A DNA stretch of 46,819 nt from Thermoanaerobaculia bacterium (GTDB lineage Bacteria; Acidobacteriota; Thermoanaerobaculia; Multivoradales; JAHEKO01). Shown here in pieces: positions 20,010-28,327 of this stretch; the stretch's first letter is position 1; each line of letters starts with the position of its first letter. Location of the stretch: positions 1 to 46,819 of the forward strand of contig JAWWBN010000002.1 in NCBI GenBank assembly GCA_033720955.1, given 5' to 3'. The position numbers and the translations under genes are program-made. The notes below the pieces were generated by a model, which made no database searches, had not been told where the DNA came from, and was given only the letters and a program-made list of their open reading frames with translations.

Positions 20010-20471
20010 ATGCGCAACCGAGAAGTAGAGCCCTCTTCGACCTCCCCGGAGGTCCACCTGCCCACCGTGCTGGAGCTCGCGCTCCAGGATGCCCATCAGG
20101 AGGCGGCGTCGCGCGCCCGAGTCGCGGCGCGGGCCCTCGGCCTGTTCGCCGCCGGAGGCAGTGCCGAGGAGAGCGCCGAGGAGAGCGCCGAGACAGGGGC
20201 CGAGGAGAGTGCGGAGGAGAGCGCCGAGAAGGGCGCGGAGGAGAGCGCCGAGGAGAGTGCCGAGGCGAGCGCGGAGAAGGGCGCCGAGGAGAGCGCCGAG
20301 TACAGCGCCGAGAAGGGCGCGGAGGAGAGCGCGGAGGAGAGCGCGGAGTACAGCGCCGAGTACAGCGCCGAGAAAGGCGCCGAGGAGGGCGCGGAGGAGA
20401 GCGCCGAGAAGGGCGCCGAGGAGGGTGCCGAGGAGAGCGCGGAGTACAGCGCCGAGAAGAGCGCCGAATAG
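20010..20471 (+). CDS. Acidic tandem-tetrapeptide repeat protein, (A-E-x-S/G) x25.5, after a 51-aa unique N-terminus ending AAGGS
   Basis: ATG with an RBS and a candidate promoter. In this frame all repeat codons are GCS GAG NNS RGY, which is the genome-typical GC3 pattern. The +1 frame gives (PRRA)n using AGG/AGA Arg codons, which is atypical here. Confidence 0.7.
   Translation: MRNREVEPSSTSPEVHLPTVLELALQDAHQEAASRARVAARALGLFAAGGSAEESAEESAETGAEESAEESAEKGAEESAEESAEASAEKGAEESAEYSAEKGAEESAEESAEYSAEYSAEKGAEEGAEESAEKGAEEGAEESAEYSAEKSAE
20163..20468 (+). repeat. 12-bp tandem repeat, 25.5 copies (GCS GAG NNN RGY)
   Basis: Counted directly. The units are AEES x11, AEKG x5, AEYS x4, AEEG x2, and one each of AETG, AEAS and AEKS, plus a terminal AE. 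Synonymous variation (gcc/gcg, agc/agt, ggc/ggg/ggt) is scattered among the copies. Confidence 0.95.
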
Positions 20472-20492
20472 CGTGGATCCCGACCAGGTGCG

Positions 20493-20915
20493 CTAGGTGC
20501 GCGATGCTGGCGCGTCGGGGTCGGGTGACCAGAGCTCCAGCAGGTTGCCGTCCGGGTCGTAGAAGTAGTACGAGAGGGCCCGCATCCACTCGAGCGGTGT
20601 GGGCCCGAATACGTCCACCCCGGCGGATCGCACTCTCGCGAGGGCCACGTCGAGCCGCGAGCGCTCGACCTCCAGGGCGAAGTGGACGGGACCCCATCGC
20701 GGCGCCGGTCCCAGCGGCGAGTGCTCTTCGAAAAGAAGGCTTCCGGTGTGGAGCGCCAACCGCTGCTTCCGCTTGCCGTCGCGGACCAGAAACCAGGCCC
20801 ACGAGTCGTCGGGCTCGGACTCCGGCCGCAGGCCGACGACGTCTCGGTAGAAGGCGGCGGCGGAGGGCACGTCGGAGACGATCAGAACGATCTCGGAGAT
20901 GCCCGAGACGGTCAT
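20493..20915 (-). CDS. VOC family protein (glyoxalase/bleomycin-resistance/dioxygenase fold)
   Basis: 140 aa. ISEIVLIVSDVPSAAAFYRDVVGL, HFALEV and YYFYDPDGNLLEL are the typical paired beta-alpha-beta-beta-beta motifs. Its ATG overlaps the upstream stop as ATGA. Confidence 0.85.
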   Translation of the reverse strand: MTVSGISEIVLIVSDVPSAAAFYRDVVGLRPESEPDDSWAWFLVRDGKRKQRLALHTGSLLFEEHSPLGPAPRWGPVHFALEVERSRLDVALARVRSAGVDVFGPTPLEWMRALSYYFYDPDGNLLELWSPDPDAPASRT

Positions 20916-22141
20916 CCGCAGGTACGGCTCTCACCCTCGACCGCAGGGGGGTCGGGGATGTTGCGAGTCAGGAACTGCCAGAACTTGCAATGCTCCAGGC
21001 CGGGGACGGGGTAGAGCTCCCCGCGCTCGCGATCCCACGACAGGAGCGATGCCTCCTCCCCGTGCGGCTCGGTGACGCCGACGATCGAGATGCGCCTCCG
21101 TACCGACTCGAGCTGCTCCCGCACTGCCTCCCGGGTGGCGCCCTGGAGCACCACCCGATGGGGAATGGCGCGCATCGCATCGCCCACGATCCGGCCGTTC
21201 TCGTAGCGGTCGCCCGCCAGGAGCTGCATCGCCTTGCCCACGTTGAGTAGCAGCGGCCCCGGCTCCACGCGGTGCCAGCGGCCCTGCCGGTCGCGGGCTT
21301 GGAGCCCGGTCATGTTGTTGACCACCGAGGCCACGAAGTCGTAGTCCGAGTGCTCGTGGAGCAGGGTGGCGGCAAAGCCGCGGTTCCCCTCGAGATCCTC
21401 GACCGGGCGGATCTCGGTGCGCTCCAGGTCGGAGTCGGCTCCGTCGTACAGATAGAAGTTGAGCGACGACCAGTACCAGCCCCCGCAGCCGGCTTGCCAG
21501 ACGGCGCTGAGGTCGGCGACCTCGCGCTCCAGGCCGTCGTCGCCGTCGGTCCGGCCCGCCCGCTCCAGCAGCCGATCCAGAAGCTCCCGCCGCTCTTCGG
21601 CAACGCCGAGCCAGGCGCCGTCGACCGCGCTCCCGGTCGCCTCCGACCACCGGCCGGGCGGGATCTGCAGAAGCTCGAGCAGTCGGCAGAGCGCCTGGGC
21701 CCGGACGAACTGCTTGGCCAGGAAGCCCAGCACCAGCACCGGGTCGCGATAGACGTCCCAGAGCCGCTCCAGACGTACGAAGATGCCGCGCTGGGGCTGA
21801 TACTCGTCGGGGTCGTCCGAGCGCGTCCGGTCGGCGGGCCATACGGGGCCGTGGGGTGGCTGCCGTCCATCGTTGAAGCGGGTCAGCTCGTCGTGAAAGC
21901 CGCCCTCCCGCTTCAGGTAGCGACGGGCGACGCCATGGGCGCGGGGGATCATCTGCTGGATTACTCCGTCCCAGGCAGCCGGCAGCTCGACGGTGAAGGC
22001 GCCGTCGAGCCGAGCCGCCTCGGCGAAGGCGGCGCGCCGTTGTGCGGGAAGGTCCGGCAGCGGGACGCCGAGCTCGCGGAGGCGGAAGCTCTGGAGCCTG
22101 ATCGTGGGGAGGGAGAGATAGTCGACATAGCCCTGGTTCAA
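20912..22141 (-). CDS. 2OG-Fe(II) oxygenase-like protein (IPNS/flavonol-synthase-type C-terminal domain) with a long N-terminal region
   Basis: LLHEHSDYDF (H-x-D), TGLQARDRQGRWHRVEPGPLLLNVGKAMQLL and IPHRVV match the 2OG-FeII_Oxy pattern. I chose the TTG start at 22141, preceded by ggaaggggg and 6 nt. The longer 574-aa ORF would run through the divergent PhyH start. Confidence 0.65.
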   Translation of the reverse strand: MNQGYVDYLSLPTIRLQSFRLRELGVPLPDLPAQRRAAFAEAARLDGAFTVELPAAWDGVIQQMIPRAHGVARRYLKREGGFHDELTRFNDGRQPPHGPVWPADRTRSDDPDEYQPQRGIFVRLERLWDVYRDPVLVLGFLAKQFVRAQALCRLLELLQIPPGRWSEATGSAVDGAWLGVAEERRELLDRLLERAGRTDGDDGLEREVADLSAVWQAGCGGWYWSSLNFYLYDGADSDLERTEIRPVEDLEGNRGFAATLLHEHSDYDFVASVVNNMTGLQARDRQGRWHRVEPGPLLLNVGKAMQLLAGDRYENGRIVGDAMRAIPHRVVLQGATREAVREQLESVRRRISIVGVTEPHGEEASLLSWDRERGELYPVPGLEHCKFWQFLTRNIPDPPAVEGESRTCG

Positions 22142-22334
22142 GCCGAGCCCCCTTCCGGTCGCACCTCGCCGCGGCCGCTGCCGGGCCGCGCCGTCTCTGG
22201 ATGGATGTTGTGAAGCGAGCTTAGACCAGGTGCCGGGACCGCGCAAGAAGGCATGTGCGAAGCGTCGCCCGCTCTCGGAGGAGCCGATGTAAGATGACTG
22301 CATCTTCCATTCGAAACCTGGAGGTCGGCCCGCC

Positions 22335-23117
22335 ATGAGCTTCCTTCGAGCCTTCGAAGAGGACGGCATCGCCTTTCCGATTCCGGTTCTGGATGCCGAC
22401 GAGGTCCGCAAGTACCGCTCGGCTTTCGAACATCTCGAGCTCCTGCTGGGCGGCAAGAAGCAGAACCTCTCGACCGTCCACCTGCACTTCGACTGGGCGC
22501 GCGAGCTCGTCGCGCATCCCGCCGTGCTCGACGCCGTGGAGCCGCTGCTGGGACCGGACCTTCTGGTGCTCTCCACCCTGATTCTGAACAAGCACCCGCA
22601 CGACCCCGCCTTCGTCGGCTGGCACCAGGACGGCACCTACTGGAATCTGCACAGCGCCCCCACGGCGTCGGCCTGGATCGCCCTGACCGACAGCACCCGG
22701 GCCAACGGCTGCATGCGCGTGATCCCCGGGTCGCACCGGGAGACCATGCTCCCCCACGAGTGCACCTACGCCGAGAACAGCCTGCTCGGCCGCGGGGAGC
22801 AGGTCGCAGCGGAGGTGGACGAGAGCCGCGCGATCGACGTCGAGCTCAGGGCGGGGCAGATGTCCATCCACCAGAACGCCATCCTCCACTCGTCGCCGCC
22901 GAACGGGTCCGACCACCGTCGGATCGGCTTCATCATCCGCTTCGTCACCCCGGAGTTCGCGCACGCGACGGCGCCGGTGCTCCTGGCTCGAGGGCGCGCC
23001 GAGGGGGACCGCATGGAGCTCTGGGAGGCTCCGCCGCCGACGGACGTGAAGCGGGCGATCGCCGAGCGCGAGGCCTACGTGGAGGCGATGGCGGCGAAGC
23101 CGGCCGAGAGCCGGTAG
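22335..23117 (+). CDS. Phytanoyl-CoA dioxygenase (PhyH) family Fe(II)/2OG oxygenase
   Basis: GWHQDGTYW (H-x-D), the CMRVIPGSH region, and the distal His in IHQNAILHSS. 260 aa. RBS ggagg. Confidence 0.88.
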   Translation: MSFLRAFEEDGIAFPIPVLDADEVRKYRSAFEHLELLLGGKKQNLSTVHLHFDWARELVAHPAVLDAVEPLLGPDLLVLSTLILNKHPHDPAFVGWHQDGTYWNLHSAPTASAWIALTDSTRANGCMRVIPGSHRETMLPHECTYAENSLLGRGEQVAAEVDESRAIDVELRAGQMSIHQNAILHSSPPNGSDHRRIGFIIRFVTPEFAHATAPVLLARGRAEGDRMELWEAPPPTDVKRAIAEREAYVEAMAAKPAESR

Positions 23118-23132
23118 GGGCGGCGGAGCCGG

Positions 23133-25139
23133 TCAGCAGGCGCCGGGGTCGGTAGCCGGGGCGCCGTGCGCCGGCGCTGACGATCCGATGGTCACGAGGT
23201 CGACGTCGGGCGCGAACCCGAGCTCGAGGTCGAGGTCGTGGAGGATGTCCTCGCGGCACATCATGATCGCTCCCAGCCGCACCGCCCTGGGATCGGGCTC
23301 CGCGGCCTCGAACTGCTCGGGGGGCACGCCGTTGATCTCGGCGCAGACCTTGTCGGAGAGCTCGTTGAGGAACTCCAGGTGGTACTCCTCCGGCTTGTCG
23401 AACTCCGCGCCCCAGCGCACCAGGAAGTCCACGAAGACCCGGGTGATGGCGGGGTGGAGCTGATCGGGGTCGTCCAGGTTGCGGTGCAGCCGGCGGTAGA
23501 CCGGCGGCAGCAGAGACCGGAGCTCGCGTCGGAAGGCCAGTGGCACCGGCGCCTTGAATGACAGCGCCGTGGGCTCGTAGGAGCCCGAGCTCTCGAGCTC
23601 GATCTGGTGGGCCAGCGACGGCACCATCTGGTGGCTGAGCAGACGCCGGATGTGGGCCTGCATCGTGAGGAGGATGGTCAGTCGGTGCCAGAGCGACGGC
23701 GCCACCTCCCGGCAGACGTCGGTGAGCTCGTCGATGGCGTGGCGTGCGCGGTCGTTGAGCAGTGAGCGCCGCTCCAGATTGTCGATCAAGTCCCGGCGGC
23801 TGCGGTCGGAGAACTGCGGCTCCGGGATCTGCGGCGGCCGCTCGAGCAGCTTCATCCAGCCGGTGTTGCGCTTTTTTATGTTCTTCCAGCGGAAGAGATC
23901 TACGTATAGATCGCGATAGCCCTCCATCAGCTCCACCCGGGTCATCAGACGCGGAATGGTGTTGAAGTAGTAGCCGTCGAGGTTGTCGGTGAAGCGCCCG
24001 CGCTCGAAGGCACCGGCCTCGGTGACCACCTGACCGCGCTCGACCATCTTGCGCCAGAGGGGAGTGCCGTGCGGGGCCTGCAGGATGGTCAGCGCCGGAA
24101 CGGGGATCGAGGCGGTCTGGTGGAACTCGAAGAGGCGCCCGAAGGTGCTCGAGTCGTCCTCGTCGAAGCCGATGATGGTGTTACCGCGCAGGGCGATGCC
24201 GTAGGACATCATGCGGTGCGCCTCGGCCACCAGGTCCTTGTTGAGGTTCTGCTTCTTGTTGATGTTCTTGAGCGTCTCGGGGTTGATCGACTCGATGCCG
24301 ATGAACAGGACGGTCATACCCCCGTCGGCGGCCAGCTCCAGAAGCTCGGGATCCTTCGACGCGTTGGTGGTGGCCTGGGTGGAGAACGAGATGGTGTGCT
24401 CGAGCTCGCGGTTCAGGTCGCGCATGCCTCGCAGCAGCTCCTTGGTGTACCGCCGGTCGCCGACGAACTCGTCATCGGTGATGAACGCCGTTCGGAACCC
24501 GCGGCGGGCCAGCTCTCGGATCTCGTCGAGAACCCGCTCCACCGGCTTGTGCCGCATCTTGCGCCCGAAGAGATAGATCACGTCGCAGAAGTCGCAGTCG
24601 AAGGGGCAGCCCCGGGTGGTCTGGACCGTGCCCATCGCGTAGGCACTGCAGTCGATGCCGTCCCAGTCGGGCGCCGGGCTGTCCTCCAGCGACGGCTTGG
24701 TGATCTGGCGGTACTCGTCGCGGTGCTCGCCCGCTGCGAGATCGCTCAGAAACTCCGGCCAGGTCTCTTCGGACTCGCCGATGAAGAGCACGTCGAAATG
24801 CTCGCGGTACGAGCGCGGGTGGACCGAGACGCCGGGGCCGCCCACGCCGGTCAGGACGCCTCGCTTGCGAAAGACGGAGGCGATGCGGATGGCGTGGTCG
24901 ATGTGGCCGGAGTAGCCGGTGACGCCCACGAAGTCGTAGTCGCGGTCGAAAACCGTCTCGTCCGTGATGCGACCCTTCACCGGCTCGTCCCAGAGGTCCA
25001 CGTGCACGTGGCCGGGAGTCAGCGCCTTCAGGGTGGACAGGGTCAGCGGCGCCAGGTCGGCGACGACCTCGTGTCGAGCGTCCATGGTGGTCCAGCCGCA
25101 GGGTATCCGGTACTCGGGACCGACGATGAGGACGTTCAT
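23133..25139 (-). CDS. B12-binding domain radical SAM protein with a long C-terminal (DUF4070-like) extension
   Basis: RBS ggagg lies 4 nt before the ATG. It has an N-terminal Rossmann-like B12-binding region (DFVGVTGYSGHIDHAIRIA), the radical SAM cluster motif CPFDCDFC, and a helical tail of about 250 aa. Confidence 0.92.
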   Translation of the reverse strand: MNVLIVGPEYRIPCGWTTMDARHEVVADLAPLTLSTLKALTPGHVHVDLWDEPVKGRITDETVFDRDYDFVGVTGYSGHIDHAIRIASVFRKRGVLTGVGGPGVSVHPRSYREHFDVLFIGESEETWPEFLSDLAAGEHRDEYRQITKPSLEDSPAPDWDGIDCSAYAMGTVQTTRGCPFDCDFCDVIYLFGRKMRHKPVERVLDEIRELARRGFRTAFITDDEFVGDRRYTKELLRGMRDLNRELEHTISFSTQATTNASKDPELLELAADGGMTVLFIGIESINPETLKNINKKQNLNKDLVAEAHRMMSYGIALRGNTIIGFDEDDSSTFGRLFEFHQTASIPVPALTILQAPHGTPLWRKMVERGQVVTEAGAFERGRFTDNLDGYYFNTIPRLMTRVELMEGYRDLYVDLFRWKNIKKRNTGWMKLLERPPQIPEPQFSDRSRRDLIDNLERRSLLNDRARHAIDELTDVCREVAPSLWHRLTILLTMQAHIRRLLSHQMVPSLAHQIELESSGSYEPTALSFKAPVPLAFRRELRSLLPPVYRRLHRNLDDPDQLHPAITRVFVDFLVRWGAEFDKPEEYHLEFLNELSDKVCAEINGVPPEQFEAAEPDPRAVRLGAIMMCREDILHDLDLELGFAPDVDLVTIGSSAPAHGAPATDPGAC

Positions 25140-25261
25140 GAGGCCTCCGCTGGCGCTGCGGTCGTTGCGGGCGTCAGCGGCGCGCGGGTCGCCCGCTCCG
25201 CCCGATCAACCTCTTCTTGTGAAGCTGAGTGCCGGTCGAGCTTAGCACAGGCCCGTTGTGA

Positions 25262-26353
25262 TCAGTTGCGAATCTTCAACAGATAGCCGCGGGGATTCCA
25301 GGTAACCAGAAACTTCTCCCGCTCCGGATCCATCCGGAAGCGCGGGTCCTCGGCGAGGAAGTCGTCGATCGCCTCCATCGGGCCCGGCCCGAAGTCCGGC
25401 TTGGTGGGATGGCCGTTGAGGTTCGAGTCTTCTACGATCAGGTAGCTGCCCGGGGTCACCAGGTCGGCGTAGGCCTTGAGCTCCGCGTAGACGTGATCGC
25501 GACGGTGATCGGAGTCGAGCACGACGAGCACCGTGGCGCCCTGCGGAATCTCGGCGCGCACCCGGCGCAGCGTCTCCTCGGCGGTGGAGGGTCCCAGCAG
25601 GAAGGTGATCTTCTCGTGCTCCGGCAGCGGGTCGCTGTAGGGCTGCAGGTCGATGCTCACCACCCGGCCCCTGCCGACCAGCTCGCAGATATGGGCGAAG
25701 TAGAGGGCGCTGCCCCCCGCGCAGGTCCCGGTCTCGACGATGAGATCGGGCCGCAGCTCGGTGATCATCTCCTGGTAGACCCACATGTCGAGCGGGCACT
25801 TGAAGGTCGGAAATCCCATCCAGTAGGTCTCGCTCCAGGTCTTGCCCAGCAGGTAGGCGTCGAAGTACAGCTTCTGAAAGTCGCGGATCAGACGCCGGAT
25901 GCGGTCCGAGTCGAGCTCGGGGCTGGTGCGATGGTTCGGAATGAAGGTCTCGATGTGGCGATCGGGGAGGGTGAGAAAACGGGCCTCCGTCACCGCGCCG
26001 TCGCACAGCGCGAGCCGCAGCGTGAAGTCGCTGGCGAGCGGCCCGCCGTTCTCGCCGCTCCAGGTCATGCGACCCAGGAGCACCACCTCGCCGTCGCCAA
26101 TGACGGAGCGGGTCAGCTCCACGGACTCGGGGGTGCGCCGCCGGTGGACACGGTCGAAGAAGCCGCGCACGGCTTCGCGACCTTCGTGCCGCGTTCGGCC
26201 GAACAGCTCGGAGTGCTCGAAGACGCCGTCGCCCTTCCAGTCGGTGAGCCAGCGCACCCCGGGGTCGAGCAGCTCCAGGAGGGGCGTGACGCCGGCCTCG
26301 GGCAGGCTCTCGAGAGCCTGGGCGGCGCGGTGGGCCAGGTCGTGGACGTCCAT
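25262..26353 (-). CDS. SnoaL/NTF2-like domain fused to a CmcI (cephalosporin hydroxylase family) class I methyltransferase
   Basis: The ATG at 26353 is preceded by gagaggag. The C-terminal half (WMGFPTFKCPLDMWVYQEMI, IVETGTCAGGSALYFA, VVLDSDH, YLIVEDSNLNGHP) matches the CmcI family. The N-terminal 125 aa or so has an NTF2-like pattern. The rest of the 551-aa ORF overlaps the sulfotransferase gene and is rejected. Confidence 0.85.
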   Translation of the reverse strand: MDVHDLAHRAAQALESLPEAGVTPLLELLDPGVRWLTDWKGDGVFEHSELFGRTRHEGREAVRGFFDRVHRRRTPESVELTRSVIGDGEVVLLGRMTWSGENGGPLASDFTLRLALCDGAVTEARFLTLPDRHIETFIPNHRTSPELDSDRIRRLIRDFQKLYFDAYLLGKTWSETYWMGFPTFKCPLDMWVYQEMITELRPDLIVETGTCAGGSALYFAHICELVGRGRVVSIDLQPYSDPLPEHEKITFLLGPSTAEETLRRVRAEIPQGATVLVVLDSDHRRDHVYAELKAYADLVTPGSYLIVEDSNLNGHPTKPDFGPGPMEAIDDFLAEDPRFRMDPEREKFLVTWNPRGYLLKIRN

Positions 26354-26388
26354 CGGGTCTCCTCTCGTCGCCGCCTCCAGCGCGGCGG

Positions 26389-27138
26389 TCAGTCGTCCAG
26401 CGAGGTCATCTCGCCCTCGAACTCGGTGCCGGCCAGCGCACGGGCGAGCTCGTCGTAGTTGGCGATCAGGTCGCGCAGGTCGCGCGAGTTCTGCTTGACG
26501 CTCCGCGGCTCGAGCGGCTCCGCCACCGGCGTCTGGCCCAGGAAGCGCAGCAGCCGGTTCTGCACCGAGAGCTCGCCCAGCTCCTCGTAGCTCGCCTCCG
26601 CCCAGCTCTGCCCGTCGGCCTCGAGGGACGAGCGGATCTCCCGGTAGTAGGCGCGGTCGAAGTCGACGTGGTCGCGGAAGCGGGCGGGGTCGACGGCGAC
26701 CCGGGGCCGCTCGGCGGCGAGCTCCTTCTCGCTGTACGCCTCCCACTGTCCGAGGCGCTCGGAGATCAGCGACGAGACGAAGGTCTTGAGGCGGTTGCGC
26801 CGCCGCAGCACGATCTTCTTGAGCCCCGCGTCTCTCAGCAGACGGGGGAAGACCGCCTCGTTCTGACGGTGGGTGAACTTGAAGCCGACGCAGGGCCGGC
26901 CGAAGGGGTGCTCCCACAGCCTGTCGAGAAAGGCCAGGGGATCGGCTTCCCTTTCTTCGACGCTTCCCAGCCGGAAGCCGCTCTGCCGCAGGTCGAGCGC
27001 CACCCAGACCCCCTTGGGGTTGAAGATCTCGTGGTGGCAGAGGATGGCCGGATGGGAGTCCAGCATGGTGCAGAGCATGTTGCTGCCGGAGCGGGGCGCG
27101 GCCAGGATGACGAAGCGCTCGAGCTCCGCGCTCACCAT
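26389..27138 (-). CDS. PAPS-dependent sulfotransferase family protein (Stf0-like)
   Basis: It has the 5'-PSB loop AAPRSGSNML and a 3'-PB-like RRRNRLKTFVS. Its ATG (27136-27138) overlaps the upstream stop (27132-27134) within ATGGTGA. Confidence 0.8.
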   Translation of the reverse strand: MVSAELERFVILAAPRSGSNMLCTMLDSHPAILCHHEIFNPKGVWVALDLRQSGFRLGSVEEREADPLAFLDRLWEHPFGRPCVGFKFTHRQNEAVFPRLLRDAGLKKIVLRRRNRLKTFVSSLISERLGQWEAYSEKELAAERPRVAVDPARFRDHVDFDRAYYREIRSSLEADGQSWAEASYEELGELSVQNRLLRFLGQTPVAEPLEPRSVKQNSRDLRDLIANYDELARALAGTEFEGEMTSLDD

Positions 27139-28181
27139 TGGAGGACGACTCCCAGAGTCCCGGCTGGGTCGTCGCTCAGGCCGCGGTAGCCGCACGCGGC
27201 GTCGGCCGCGCGGAGACGGTGGGTGATCAGCTCGCGGGTGGTGAGCTCACCCTGGGCGAGCATCTCCAGGAACAGCTCGCCGTGGCGGCGGGAGGTCCAC
27301 CGGTCGTCGAGCGAGCCCTCGGCCGGATGGGAGAAGCCGTGCGCTCCGAGGATGGTCAGGCTGGGTCGGTTGCAGAGGTCGTGGAAGTCGAAGTGGCTGG
27401 GACCGCGGGGGCTGCTCAGGAGGAGAAACCGCCCCTGCCGCCGCACCAGGCGGGGCGCGGCGGCGAGCACCGTGGGCTCTCCCGTGGCCTCGATCATCAC
27501 GTCGACGCCGGAGGCGCCGTGGCGGTCGCGGAACCGCCGGCGCACCTCGCGGTCGCGAAGGTCGCCCGGGAAGCCGATCAGCCGTTGTGACGGGGGCAGT
27601 CGGGCCATGCGGGCGGGCGTCACCTCGAACGCGTAGATCCGGCGCACGCCGATCCGCAGGCAGAGGCGGCAGACGAGCTGGCCGAGGACCCCCAGGCCGA
27701 CCACCCCCACGGTCTCGCCCCAGGTCACCGCAGCGCGGCGCAGGCCGTTCATCGCCACCTTCCCCAGGGTCGCGAAGACCGCCTCCTCCGGCGAGACGCC
27801 CTCCGGCAGGGCGGCCACGCGGTCCTCCGGCGAGAGCGCGAAGCGCTGGTGGCCGCCGTGATTGTGGACCGTGCGGCCGATCCAGCCCGGGTCCACTCCC
27901 TCGCCGACCGCCTCGACCCTGCCGACGTTCGAGTAGCCGGCCAGCTTGGGGTAGTGGGTCAGATCGCCCCAGCGCTCGCCGGTGGCCGAGGCGTGGAGAA
28001 GGGTCAGCTCGGTGCCGGCGCTGATCAGCGAGCGGACGGTTCGCACCAGGACCTGCCCGGGCTCGGGGGAGGGAACGTCGAGTGCGAGCGTCTCCACGAC
28101 GCCGGGCGCCGTGAAGGCCACGGCCAGGTTGCCGCGGCCCGATGGCGCGTCGCGAGAGACATCGTCTCGAGGCGAAGACAT
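27132..28181 (-). CDS. MDR-superfamily (zinc-type alcohol dehydrogenase-like) oxidoreductase
   Basis: GroES-like N domain (PGQVLVRTVRSLISAGTE..GYSNVGRVEAVGEGV) and a Rossmann motif (VGVVGLGVLGQL). No SD precedes the ATG at 28181, so the start is uncertain. Confidence 0.8.
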   Translation of the reverse strand: MSSPRDDVSRDAPSGRGNLAVAFTAPGVVETLALDVPSPEPGQVLVRTVRSLISAGTELTLLHASATGERWGDLTHYPKLAGYSNVGRVEAVGEGVDPGWIGRTVHNHGGHQRFALSPEDRVAALPEGVSPEEAVFATLGKVAMNGLRRAAVTWGETVGVVGLGVLGQLVCRLCLRIGVRRIYAFEVTPARMARLPPSQRLIGFPGDLRDREVRRRFRDRHGASGVDVMIEATGEPTVLAAAPRLVRRQGRFLLLSSPRGPSHFDFHDLCNRPSLTILGAHGFSHPAEGSLDDRWTSRRHGELFLEMLAQGELTTRELITHRLRAADAACGYRGLSDDPAGTLGVVLQW

Positions 28182-28327
28182 GCCGTTTAGAAAGTGCAGA
28201 TCCCGCGTCTAAAGGGGGTAGAGACTTAGTGTATGATAGATCCACAGTTTCGCTCACAAGTCGAGTTCGGTGCCGAATCGCCGCGGTGAGGCCGTCGCTG
28301 GCCTGCGCCGCGAGGAGGTGGAGCCAG
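28182..28327. promoter_or_regulatory. Divergent intergenic region with locally AT-rich tracts (probable promoters for both operons)
   Basis: tttagaaagtgcagatc and tagagacttagtgtatgatagatccacagttt stand out in otherwise GC-rich DNA. TATGAT is a possible -10 element, but I found no convincing -35. Confidence 0.3.

Noticed and set aside
20163-20468. Possible CRISPR array or non-coding microsatellite
   Set aside because: The units are 12 bp, contiguous and without spacers, in frame with an upstream ATG and ending at a stop codon. This is not CRISPR architecture. The coding interpretation is favoured, though translation remains to be proven.
20089-20496. Alternative frame of the 12-bp repeat giving an arginine-rich (PRRA)n protein, plus the 330-aa minus-strand ORF 19942-20934 across the same repeat
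   Set aside because: The (PRRA)n frame uses AGG/AGA Arg codons and has A at many third positions, unlike the rest of the window. It lacks an RBS or promoter, whereas the A-E-x-S frame has perfect GC3 and a start context. The minus ORF overlaps the VOC gene and is repeat-driven.
22142-22636. Upstream extension of the 574-aa minus ORF (2OG oxygenase)
   Set aside because: It would overlap the start of the divergent PhyH gene and encodes Ser/Arg-rich junk. A TTG with a good RBS at 22141 is more plausible, although the start remains uncertain.
26354-26917. Upstream extension of the 551-aa minus ORF (CmcI gene)
   Set aside because: It overlaps the sulfotransferase coding region in another frame and is low-complexity. 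An RBS and ATG at 26353 fit the NTF2-like domain start.
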